From sequence record NC_029091.1: a stretch of 64,000 nucleotides of DNA; one strand, given 5' to 3'. Under the pieces are notes generated by a model, which worked only from the letters and a program-made list of their open reading frames with translations, made no database searches and was not told the origin of the DNA. This document shows positions 8,713 through 17,105 of this stretch, piece after piece; the stretch's first letter is position 1, and every line of letters begins with the position of its first letter. Both the position numbers and the translations under genes were made by a program. Source of the DNA: Escherichia phage APCEc01.

Positions 8713-8742
8713 TTGTACATCCAAGGATGGATGGAGTATAGT
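8713..8742 (+). promoter_or_regulatory. T4-type early promoter (CCAAGGATGG family)
   Basis: TTGTAC, 18-nt spacer, TATAGT. Confidence 0.65.
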
Positions 8743-8770
8743 GAATTCAATTTAAACAAAGAGAGAAATT

Positions 8771-9235
8771 ATGATTACTATTGGTGAAATTAAGCGTGTA
8801 TCGACAGCGTCTCGTTCTAAAGCTGCAGGAAAGCTGGTTGAAGTAGTAGGACTTCGTACTAATGGCATGGGCCGTATTAAAGAAGTTAAAGTTCGAATCA
8901 TTCCTAGTTCTGGAAAAACTGAAACTCAGTTCGCCTATGTAAGTCCTAAATTCTTGGAAACTCGTGTAAGTGCCCACTTTGCTTCAAGCGATATCGTTGA
9001 GCCTACTACACAGTTCAAATGGGCCTTGTGTAAAGGTGTTGAATTCCAGACTGATAAAGAATTTGACTTCATCGATGAATACGGTTATCCAAGCAAAACT
9101 GATACTATGTGTGGCTTCATTAGCGACCAATGGGTTGAAGATGGTGAAAAGTTATACAATATCGTATTCTTAGGTGACTTCCGAGTTGTTAAAGAATCTG
9201 AAATCACTCGCTATGTGTCTCCTCGTAAAGCTTAA
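8771..9235 (+). CDS. Hypothetical protein, paralog 2 of the tandem family (154 aa)
   Basis: VSTASRSKAAGKLVEVVGL... and GFISDQWVEDGEKLYNIVFLGDFRVV are shared with 9245..9664. Confidence 0.7.
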   Translation: MITIGEIKRVSTASRSKAAGKLVEVVGLRTNGMGRIKEVKVRIIPSSGKTETQFAYVSPKFLETRVSAHFASSDIVEPTTQFKWALCKGVEFQTDKEFDFIDEYGYPSKTDTMCGFISDQWVEDGEKLYNIVFLGDFRVVKESEITRYVSPRKA

Positions 9236-9244
9236 GGAATTATT

Positions 9245-9664
9245 ATGAATATTGTAAATCTCTCTACAGGTGATTACGTATATGTATCTGTTGCTTCTCG
9301 CTCTAAAGTTGCCGGGAAGTTGGTTGAAGTTCTTTCTGTGAGTGATCCGGTTTTTGGACGTAACGAAGTTAAAGTTCGAGATGTTAATGGTAACATTGGT
9401 TACGTCTCAAGTCAGTTTATTGAACCAGAAGAAAAAGCGTTCAAATGGAAACTGTGCAGGTCAGTTTTAGTTGTAAAAGACCATGAATTTACTATTGCTG
9501 CCGCAACTGATGGGTCTCCATGGACAACGAATCAAGTCGCTGGTTTTATTTCAGACCAATGGGTTGAAGATGGTGTTAAGCTTTATAACATCGTTTTCGC
9601 CGGACAGTTCATGGTAGTTCCTGAATTCCAAATCAAAGGATATAGCCAAGCATCTTTTGCATAA
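9245..9664 (+). CDS. Hypothetical protein, paralog 3 of the tandem family (139 aa)
   Basis: VSVASRSKVAGKLVEVLSV... and GFISDQWVEDGVKLYNIVFAGQFMVVP. AAGGAA SD. Confidence 0.7.
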   Translation: MNIVNLSTGDYVYVSVASRSKVAGKLVEVLSVSDPVFGRNEVKVRDVNGNIGYVSSQFIEPEEKAFKWKLCRSVLVVKDHEFTIAAATDGSPWTTNQVAGFISDQWVEDGVKLYNIVFAGQFMVVPEFQIKGYSQASFA

Positions 9665-9668
9665 AGTA

Positions 9669-9697
9669 GTTTACTTCTCCTCCGGTTTTGATATTAT
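9669..9697 (+). promoter_or_regulatory. T4-type early promoter
   Basis: GTTTAC, 17-nt spacer, TGa + TATTAT. Confidence 0.7.
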
Positions 9698-9723
9698 AAC
9701 CATATCAACCAGAGGAGAATAAT

Positions 9724-10248
9724 ATGTTAGTTTACCGCGTAGAACGTAGTTTTTGTACTCAACGTGAATCATTACCAGGAATTGCTATCGAAGACGGTAA
9801 AGCCGTCAGAATTTGGGAAACCTCTTGGAATAAAGAACCTCGCTCGCCATACGGTTGGTCGGGCACCGACAACTCTGAAGAAACATGGGAGTTCCTTAAT
9901 AAGCATGGAATACTCTCAGGTAACTTCTACCATCACGGCGACAACTATAATGTCCCTAATCGTCCTACAGTAAATGAAGACAAACTCCTTGAACAAAATA
10001 TCTTAAGATACTATAGAATTGAGCACACATTTGAATTGAACGAAGATTGGGCTCAAGGGTTCTATTTTGGATTTGAAAGTGTTGACGCGGTTTATGCATG
10101 GTTTGATGACCAGGTGGATGTTGAACTCTTGAAAGCTAAAGGATACTACATCGCGGTCTATGAAGCACCTGATTTCATCCTCGGAAGTTGTCAATTAATG
10201 TTTAGACGTTCATTGGCAGAACAAGTTGATTTTATTTTGCTAAAATGA
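9724..10248 (+). CDS. Hypothetical protein (174 aa, Trp-rich)
   Basis: GAGGAG SD. No motif recognised. Confidence 0.7.
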   Translation: MLVYRVERSFCTQRESLPGIAIEDGKAVRIWETSWNKEPRSPYGWSGTDNSEETWEFLNKHGILSGNFYHHGDNYNVPNRPTVNEDKLLEQNILRYYRIEHTFELNEDWAQGFYFGFESVDAVYAWFDDQVDVELLKAKGYYIAVYEAPDFILGSCQLMFRRSLAEQVDFILLK

Positions 10249-10277
10249 TGTACAACAACTATGGTCTATGATACTAT
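10248..10277 (+). promoter_or_regulatory. T4-type early promoter (TATAGACCTATCAA family)
   Basis: ATGTAC, 18-nt spacer, TGa + TACTAT. GGTCTA/TAGACC inverted repeat around the -10. Confidence 0.6.
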
Positions 10278-10305
10278 AGACCTATCAAAACAAGAGGAGA
10301 ATATT

Positions 10306-10533
10306 ATGAAACGTCAAATCATTAAAAACGTAACTACTGATTCAAACATCGATGAGTTTGAAGATGTTCTGTTTAATCCTGATTTAGTTGTTGTACAGAA
10401 AAACTGGACCGAATTTTTATGCTACACTGAAGTGGTTTACGTTTACGAAAAACTCGGTGATGAAATGCCTATCTATGGTATCTTCCGTGAAATCACTGAA
10501 AACGGTACAACTTATTGGAAGGAAACTTACTAA
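10306..10533 (+). CDS. Hypothetical protein (75 aa)
   Basis: ATG after GAGGAG. The track start at 10261 lies inside the promoter and is rejected. Confidence 0.65.
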   Translation: MKRQIIKNVTTDSNIDEFEDVLFNPDLVVVQKNWTEFLCYTEVVYVYEKLGDEMPIYGIFREITENGTTYWKETY

Positions 10534-10943
10534 TGGCTAATAAATTCCGCGTTAACTCATGGTACCAATTTAAAGATAAACGTGCCCAAGAAGAGTTTAT
10601 TAAAGACCATACTGATAATGGGATTTACGCACGACGTCTTGGCATGGAACCATTTAAAGTATTAGATGTTGACCATCTTGGGCGTCCTACTAAAATTGTG
10701 ACATCTACTGGCATGGTTGGATACGCAACAGGCGGTGATATTCTTGATGAAAACTTTATCTGGCTCTCTACTAGTGAAGCAGAGTTTTTTGATGAAGTGG
10801 GAAATCCATATCAAGCGTCCGAAGAGCAAGATTCTGGTGAACTTGACGAATTGTCTGAATTTCCGGTGATGACAATTACTATCGAAAATAACGACCAGGC
10901 ATGGTCTTTGTATCAAATGTTGAAAGCACATTTTAAGGAATAA
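10533..10943 (+). CDS. Hypothetical protein (136 aa), member of the dispersed two-domain paralog family
   Basis: TAATG coupling. ...[23 protein letters not shown]... and C-terminal [22 protein letters not shown] resemble ORFs 11128 and 38574. Confidence 0.7.
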   Translation: MANKFRVNSWYQFKDKRAQEEFIKDHTDNGIYARRLGMEPFKVLDVDHLGRPTKIVTSTGMVGYATGGDILDENFIWLSTSEAEFFDEVGNPYQASEEQDSGELDELSEFPVMTITIENNDQAWSLYQMLKAHFKE

Positions 10944-10945
10944 TA

Positions 10946-11125
10946 ATGCCGTTATACGACTATAAATGCCAATCTGAAGATTGCGGACATGAATATGAAA
11001 AAATTAAAAGGATTTCTGAACGAGAAAACGATGTTTGCCCTGAATGTCATCGTCTGTCTACTCGTCGGGTTTCTGCTCCTAAACATGTGAACGGTGGTTT
11101 TTACGACTTACTTAAGAAGGGTTAA
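10946..11125 (+). CDS. Zinc-ribbon mini-protein (59 aa), FmdB/CxxC-type; absent from the ORF track
   Basis: MPLYDYKCQSEDCGHEYEKI...CPECHRLSTRRV: a YxC-x2-C ... CPxC pattern. It exactly fills the gap between neighbouring ORFs. Confidence 0.6.
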   Translation: MPLYDYKCQSEDCGHEYEKIKRISERENDVCPECHRLSTRRVSAPKHVNGGFYDLLKKG

Positions 11126-11127
11126 TT

Positions 11128-11553
11128 ATGGCTTTTAAAGGTTTTGAAGTTGGTAAGAAATATCGTATTATCAAAGGACAGGAAGATAATTTCTTGAGAA
11201 TTCTTAATACGACGGGTAAACATCTTAATACTAATCTGCATACTACTTTATTGTCCAAAGATTTTATTGTGGAAGAGATGATTGGTTATGGTGTTTCGGT
11301 TATTGCTGTAGAAGCCGTAGGCGATTATGGCCGAACTATTCATAGTATGCAAGGTGATATTCTGCTTTATGGTGCAGAATTTAAATTCTTTGAAGAAGTT
11401 CAGGAACCAGATACAGCTGTCGATTTCAAAAAAGGCTCTATAGAATTTGTTGATGGTTCGGTGATCGTATCAGGCGATGTGGTCATTACAGTTAAAAGTG
11501 AACAAGGGCGTTTGGCTGCAATTGATGCACTTCAGAAAATTAAATTTAAATAA
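11128..11553 (+). CDS. goF: GoF-position protein (141 aa), member of the dispersed paralog family
   Basis: Lies immediately upstream of gene 39 and has the same length as I recall for T4 GoF (141 aa). The symbol rests on position and size only. Confidence 0.5.
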   Translation: MAFKGFEVGKKYRIIKGQEDNFLRILNTTGKHLNTNLHTTLLSKDFIVEEMIGYGVSVIAVEAVGDYGRTIHSMQGDILLYGAEFKFFEEVQEPDTAVDFKKGSIEFVDGSVIVSGDVVITVKSEQGRLAAIDALQKIKFK

Positions 11554-11570
11554 GGGCTTCGGCCCTTTTT
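11554..11570 (+). terminator. Intrinsic terminator
   Basis: GGGC-TTCG-GCCC followed by T5. Confidence 0.75.
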
Positions 11571-11594
11571 GCTTTAGATTTCGGATGATAGAAT
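11568..11594 (+). promoter_or_regulatory. MotA-dependent middle promoter for gene 39
   Basis: Exact MotA box TTTGCTTTA, then a 12-nt spacer, then the -10 TAGAAT. Confidence 0.7.
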
Positions 11595-11616
11595 ACCTTC
11601 ATAACGAGGAGACAAC

Positions 11617-13434
11617 ATGATTAAAAATGAAATTAAGGTATTGTCAGATGTAGAACATATTAAGAAACGTAGTGGTATGTATATTGGTTCTTCTGCTAAA
11701 GAAGCACATGAGCGTTTTTTGTTTGGTAAATATCAACAAGTTGAATATGTTCCTGGTCTGGTTAAATTAATCGATGAGATTATTGACAACTCGGTTGATG
11801 AAGCTATTCGTACATCATTTAAGTTTGCAAATAAAATTGATGTGCAAATTAAAAATAATCAAGTTTCGGTGGAAGATAACGGACGTGGTATTCCTCAAGG
11901 TTTAGTTACCGACCAAACAGGTGAACAAATTCCTGGGCCTGTAGCAGCCTGGACTATTCCAAAGGCTGGTGGTAACTTTGGTGATGACTCTGAACGCAAG
12001 ACTGGTGGTATGAACGGCGTCGGGAGTAGTTTAACTAATATCTTCTCTACGTTGTTTACAGGCATCACGTCAGATGGCGAAAATGAAATCACTGTTAACT
12101 GTTCAAACGGAATGGAAAACAAATCATGGTCTTCTAAGAAATCTAAAGGTAAAGGCACTAAAGTAATCTTCACTCCTGATTTCTCTTCATTTGAAGAGCA
12201 TAATTTATCTCAAATTTATTTAGATATTACTTTAGACCGACTTCAAACATTGGCAGTCGTTTATCCTGATATCAAGTTCACATTTAATGGTAAAAAGGTT
12301 GATGGTAATTTTAAACGATTTGCTAAACAATTTGGTGAAGATAACATCATTCAAGAAAATGATAAAGTCTCTATAGCATTCACAACATCACCAGATGGCT
12401 TCCGTCATTTAACTTATGTGAATAACATCCATACTAAAAATGGTGGTCATCATGTTGAATGTGTAATGGATGATATCTGCGAACATCTTTTGCCGGGTAT
12501 TAAAAAGAAATATAAGGGTATTGAAGTCACTAAAGCTCGTGTTAAAGAATGTCTCACAATGTTGATGTTTATTAGAGACATGAGCAACATGCGTTTTGAT
12601 TCTCAGACTAAAGAACGTTTAACGTCAACGTATGGTGATATTCGTAATCATATCCAATTAGATGCTAAGAAAATTGCTCAGGCACTTCTTAAAAACGAAG
12701 CCTTGATTATGCCTATTGTTGAAGCAGCATTAGCTCGTAAATTGGCAGCAGAAAAGGCTGCAGAAACTAAAGCAGCTAAAAAGGCAACTAAAGCTAAGGT
12801 TCATAAGCATATTAAAGCTAACCAATGTGGTAAAGATGCAGATACGACATTGTTTTTAACAGAAGGTGATTCGGCAATTGGTTATCTCATTGATGTTCGT
12901 GACCGTGAACTACACGGCGGATTCCCATTACGTGGTAAGGTGATGAATAGCTGGGGTATGTCATATGCTGATATGATGAAGAACAAAGAGCTCTTTGATA
13001 TCTGTGCTATCACGGGTCTTATTCTTGGTGAAAAGGCAGAGAATACGAACTATCGTAATATTGCAATTATGACCGATGCCGATCATGACGGTCTTGGAAG
13101 TATCTATCCGGCTTTGCTTGCTTTCTTTAGTAATTGGCCTGAATTGTTTGAACAAGGACGTATTCGCTTTGTTAAAACACCTGTAATTATTGCACAAATT
13201 GGCAAAGCTCAAAAATGGTTTTATACTGTAGCTGAGTATGAAGAAGTTAAAGATACACTGCCTAAGCATAGTATTCGATACATCAAGGGATTAGGCTCCC
13301 TTGAAAAGTCAGAATATCGTGAAATGATTCAGAACCCTGTGTACGACGTAGTTAAACTTCCTGAAAATTGGAAAGAACTCTTTGAAATGTTGATGGGTGA
13401 TGATTCAGAACTTCGTAAAGAATGGATGTCCTAA
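11617..13434 (+). CDS. 39: DNA topoisomerase II large subunit, uninterrupted 39+60 fusion
   Basis: 605 aa. GHKL ATPase N-terminus, TOPRIM LTEGDSA, IMTDADHDGLG. Covers T4 gp39 plus gp60 in one continuous frame. Confidence 0.95.
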   Translation: MIKNEIKVLSDVEHIKKRSGMYIGSSAKEAHERFLFGKYQQVEYVPGLVKLIDEIIDNSVDEAIRTSFKFANKIDVQIKNNQVSVEDNGRGIPQGLVTDQTGEQIPGPVAAWTIPKAGGNFGDDSERKTGGMNGVGSSLTNIFSTLFTGITSDGENEITVNCSNGMENKSWSSKKSKGKGTKVIFTPDFSSFEEHNLSQIYLDITLDRLQTLAVVYPDIKFTFNGKKVDGNFKRFAKQFGEDNIIQENDKVSIAFTTSPDGFRHLTYVNNIHTKNGGHHVECVMDDICEHLLPGIKKKYKGIEVTKARVKECLTMLMFIRDMSNMRFDSQTKERLTSTYGDIRNHIQLDAKKIAQALLKNEALIMPIVEAALARKLAAEKAAETKAAKKATKAKVHKHIKANQCGKDADTTLFLTEGDSAIGYLIDVRDRELHGGFPLRGKVMNSWGMSYADMMKNKELFDICAITGLILGEKAENTNYRNIAIMTDADHDGLGSIYPALLAFFSNWPELFEQGRIRFVKTPVIIAQIGKAQKWFYTVAEYEEVKDTLPKHSIRYIKGLGSLEKSEYREMIQNPVYDVVKLPENWKELFEMLMGDDSELRKEWMS

Positions 13435-13456
13435 GCTCCTTCGGGAGCTTCATTTT
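13434..13456 (+). terminator. Hairpin/terminator after gene 39
   Basis: AGCTCC-TTCG-GGAGCT followed by TCATTTT. Confidence 0.6.
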
Positions 13457-13476
13457 AATTTTAATAAGGCTTAATT

Positions 13477-14577
13477 ATGAAAGTTATGTTTATCCCATCT
13501 CGTGCAGTCCCATTTAACCCAGAACGTGTACAAGGTGGTCTTGAAGCAGTACATTTAAATGTGTTGAAATATCTTGTGTCCATCGGTGCCGATATTGATT
13601 ATATTGGTTTTGATAATGACACATTTGGTGATTGGAAAGTTAATCATCATCCTGTTGGTCATCTGACTAAATTCAGTCTAGGTATGAGTTATACTATGGC
13701 TCGTAAGATTGTTGAACTAGCCGGCATCCATGAATACGATTTTGTTGTTACTATGGAACCGACTAAACTAACCGTTCAGGCAATTAAAGACGCAGGTCTC
13801 TCTAAAGTTCATAAGAATTTTATGGCAACACCATTTGAACCGGTATCTCGTGGCATTGTTCAAATTTGGGACCAGACTATTCAAATTCATAAGAATGGTG
13901 GTAAGAGTTATGCTCCTACTAAAGCCTTCCGTGAATTTGAACGTAAATATTGTTATATGACTTCAGGTCTGACTGACAAAATTGATTATGATTATTGGCG
14001 AGCAAATCCTTTGTTTGAAGCCGAAGATTATCCGGTTATTTGTTTGACTGAAAAGCCAGAAGTTCTTCCGGCGACGGATCTGATTATTAGTGCACAACGT
14101 TATGACACTAAAATGCGTCGTACTGATGTTGCTCTTGAAGCGATTAAAGCACTAGGCGAAAATGGTGCAGGATACTGTCCAAGCAAATGGGCGCCACCGG
14201 CTAAATATCCTGTTATTATTGATGCTCCACACAGTGAAATTATGGAACGTCTTAAAACAGCTAAAGCACTTATTAATACGTGTCCTGACACAGGTACGGT
14301 AGAGAATAGTTCTATTGAAGCCATCTCTAAAGGTGTCCCTGTAATCCAGTTAGTTTTTAAGGATTATCCTCATGCGACATTTGAATACGACCCAGATACT
14401 GTGCGTGTAGAAATTGATTCCTCTACTCCTAAGAAAGAAGTAGTTGCGCTTTACACAAAAGCTGTATTAGAATTCACTGACACATACGAAGCTCGAGTTA
14501 AACGTGCTGAAGCAGTATGGAAGAAGTATAACCGAGATGCAGTTGTTGCGATGTGGGATAAAATCTTCACAGCGTAA
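13477..14577 (+). CDS. GT-B fold glycosyltransferase (candidate hmC sugar transferase)
   Basis: 366 aa. N-terminal MKVMFIPSRAVPFNPERVQGGLEAVHLNVLKYL and C-terminal GTVENSSIEAISKGVPVIQ resemble GT4/GT1 signatures. Sits between 39 and rIIA.1. Confidence 0.7.
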   Translation: MKVMFIPSRAVPFNPERVQGGLEAVHLNVLKYLVSIGADIDYIGFDNDTFGDWKVNHHPVGHLTKFSLGMSYTMARKIVELAGIHEYDFVVTMEPTKLTVQAIKDAGLSKVHKNFMATPFEPVSRGIVQIWDQTIQIHKNGGKSYAPTKAFREFERKYCYMTSGLTDKIDYDYWRANPLFEAEDYPVICLTEKPEVLPATDLIISAQRYDTKMRRTDVALEAIKALGENGAGYCPSKWAPPAKYPVIIDAPHSEIMERLKTAKALINTCPDTGTVENSSIEAISKGVPVIQLVFKDYPHATFEYDPDTVRVEIDSSTPKKEVVALYTKAVLEFTDTYEARVKRAEAVWKKYNRDAVVAMWDKIFTA

Positions 14578-14593
14578 ATCCTGAATAGCCTGA

Positions 14594-14644
14594 GGCACTA
14601 TTACACATAAGATGATAGATTATATGGTCTTTAGTAATAGTGCC
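14594..14644. repeat. 11-bp perfect inverted repeat (stem-loop) upstream of rIIA.1
   Basis: GGCACTATTAC (14594-14604) and GTAATAGTGCC (14634-14644). The 29-nt AT-rich loop contains TGATAGATTATAT. Confidence 0.8.
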
Positions 14645-14669
14645 CTAGGAATCTACTGAAGAGAATATT

Positions 14670-14870
14670 ATGAGAACATATAACGTGGACTTGGAACTTT
14701 TTGATAAAGCAGTGCTCCGGGAATTCCGGCTTATCCAAAGATTTTTTGATATCGAATCAGCAGAGTCCTTTAAAGAACGCTTTAAAGAAATTCGATATAA
14801 AATACAAACCGATACAGCTACTAAAGAAGAACTTCTTGAAGTAGCAGAAATTTTTAAACGTAACTTGTGA
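14670..14870 (+). CDS. rIIA.1: rIIA.1-position protein (66 aa)
   Basis: Small ORF directly upstream of rIIA, as in T4. The call is by position only. Confidence 0.55.
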   Translation: MRTYNVDLELFDKAVLREFRLIQRFFDIESAESFKERFKEIRYKIQTDTATKEELLEVAEIFKRNL

Positions 14871-14882
14871 TGAGAGAAAAAT

Positions 14883-17096
14883 ATGATTATTGAAACGGCT
14901 AAAGAAACGATTATTGGTTCAGGCGGTAAGAGCACAGCATTCACTATTCAAGGCAATAGCAAAGTTTATAAGATTTTGTCTAATGACCTTTATACAAACA
15001 AAGAATTGGCTTGTGTACGTGAATTAATCACAAACTGTATCGATGGACAAATTCTTAATGGTTGCACTGATAAGTTTATTGTTCAGGCTCCAGGTCGTTT
15101 AGACCCACGTTTTGTAGTTCGAGACTTTGGTCCTGGTATGAGTGATTTCACCATTCGAGGTAATGACGAAGAGCCAGGAATCTATAACTCATATTTTGCT
15201 TCAACTAAAACATCGAGTAACGATTTCATTGGTGGATTCGGACTCGGCTCTAAAGCTCCATTAGCATATACCGATACGTTTAACCTTACGTCTTATCACA
15301 ACGGTGAAGTTCGTGGTTACGTAATCTACCAAGATGACACGGGTCCACAGATTAAGCCAACCTTCGTAGATAAGATGGGTCCTGATGACCGTACGGGTGT
15401 AGAAGTAGTTGTACCGGTTAACCCGGAAGATTTTGAAAAGTTCGCATCCGAAATTGCTTATGTTATGCGTCCTCTAGGTGATATTGCAGAAGTTCGTGGT
15501 GTTAAAGATATTAAATACTTTCCTGAATTTGATGATGTGTATTTGGCCAAGGAAGCTCCATGGGGTGAACGTGGTAATATCATGGCTGTTTATGGTGGTA
15601 TTGTATATCCAATCGGAAGTGTTATTAAAGAACAAACATGGATGATGACGCGATGCACTACAGCTTATATTAAATTCCCTATGGGTGAACTAGATGTAGC
15701 CCCGTCTCGTGAAGCATTGTCATTTGATAAACGTACAGTAGCAAATATCCATAAACGCGTTGCAGAAATCGATGCTAAATTGTTCGCTGAAGATTCTAAG
15801 AAATGGATTGATTGTAAATACCCACGTCATGTGTTCCGTGAAATTGATTCTCTTGGCTATACCGCTCGTAAATACATGGAAAAGGCTGGGTCTAATATTG
15901 AATCACTGAAATACTCTAAAGAACAACTAACTTATTCCGAGTTGTACAAACGTTTTAAAATGGGACCCGAATGGTGCAACCTTGGTGTTGTATATGATAT
16001 CGTTTCAGACCCACGACTTCGTCGTATTCGTGAAAGTGGTAGCTCATCGGCAACTATTTCAATTAACAGTCTGATTGGTATTAACATTAAAAACGTTGAA
16101 ATTGTTATTGACGACGTTAAGGGACGCGTTCCATTAATGCGAGCTCTTAATTCAATTGAAATGACTAAAGACGAGGTTAAATTAACCGGTAAAGTTCCAC
16201 GCGGTTTTGGTAAAAGCGTACTATTCGTTGACCCTACAGACGAAGATGCAATGAAACTTCTGGAACGCCTTAAAGTTATCTTTGATGGCGACAACATTAA
16301 CATGTACAAGACTTCAGAGCTTTTACAAATCGTTAAGCCATGGATTGAAGTCAAGACTCGTTCTAATGGGCCTCGTCCTAAATCCCCAAGTGCTCATCGG
16401 TTCTTTAAGAATGAAAACGATGTTTGGGTATCAGAAGATCTCTTTATTCCGGCAAGTGAAGCAGATGAAATCCAAGGTTATGCTATAGTTCGTAATCGTT
16501 CTAATGCTGAATGTCTTGACGCAGATAAAGGTTGGTTGAACTATGACTCCAATTTCTTGACCCGTATTGCTGATTTGTCAGGTATTAAAGAGTTCACTGT
16601 AGTCCGTCCACAGATTGCTAAGAAAGTTCGTAAACTTGGTGAAGTAGAATGCTTGTTCGAAAAATCAATTAACGACTATATTACGCTAATCGATAAAGTA
16701 GATTATGATGAGTATGTATCACCAAGTCGTAGAGCACAGCCCTATCTAAACCATATTACTCGTAACGAAGAGCTTAACTTCCTTAGTAAGTATTTTAGCT
16801 CTAAGAACAAAGAAATCAGTAAAGACTTTGCAAAACTCTCCACAGTAAATAATCGCTGGGGATGGAATCGATTCGCAGGTGCTACTAATACAGACCTGAA
16901 TAAGAAGTTAGAATTGTGTGCTAAAATTTTCGATAAGCTTAAAGATAATGCTTACGATAATGATGATAAAATGGTTATTGAATTCGAAACCAATTATCAT
17001 ATTGTGACAGAATACATGGGACGACGTGGTACTCTTTCCAAAGAACAGGTCGCTCAAATCGTTAAATTCATGAAGGCCGTGGAAGCGGCCAAATAA
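14883..17096 (+). CDS. rIIA: rIIA protein
   Basis: 737 aa. MIIETAKETIIGSGGKS...LYTNKELACVRELITNCIDG is collinear with remembered T4 rIIA. Confidence 0.93.
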   Translation: MIIETAKETIIGSGGKSTAFTIQGNSKVYKILSNDLYTNKELACVRELITNCIDGQILNGCTDKFIVQAPGRLDPRFVVRDFGPGMSDFTIRGNDEEPGIYNSYFASTKTSSNDFIGGFGLGSKAPLAYTDTFNLTSYHNGEVRGYVIYQDDTGPQIKPTFVDKMGPDDRTGVEVVVPVNPEDFEKFASEIAYVMRPLGDIAEVRGVKDIKYFPEFDDVYLAKEAPWGERGNIMAVYGGIVYPIGSVIKEQTWMMTRCTTAYIKFPMGELDVAPSREALSFDKRTVANIHKRVAEIDAKLFAEDSKKWIDCKYPRHVFREIDSLGYTARKYMEKAGSNIESLKYSKEQLTYSELYKRFKMGPEWCNLGVVYDIVSDPRLRRIRESGSSSATISINSLIGINIKNVEIVIDDVKGRVPLMRALNSIEMTKDEVKLTGKVPRGFGKSVLFVDPTDEDAMKLLERLKVIFDGDNINMYKTSELLQIVKPWIEVKTRSNGPRPKSPSAHRFFKNENDVWVSEDLFIPASEADEIQGYAIVRNRSNAECLDADKGWLNYDSNFLTRIADLSGIKEFTVVRPQIAKKVRKLGEVECLFEKSINDYITLIDKVDYDEYVSPSRRAQPYLNHITRNEELNFLSKYFSSKNKEISKDFAKLSTVNNRWGWNRFAGATNTDLNKKLELCAKIFDKLKDNAYDNDDKMVIEFETNYHIVTEYMGRRGTLSKEQVAQIVKFMKAVEAAK

Positions 17097-17105
17097 GGAA
17101 ACATT

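Noticed and set aside
12900-13100. Search for the T4 gene 60 translational-bypass (hop) signature
   Set aside because: The reading frame is continuous through the region homologous to the gp39/gp60 junction. There is no in-frame stop or 50-nt gap, so no bypass element is present.
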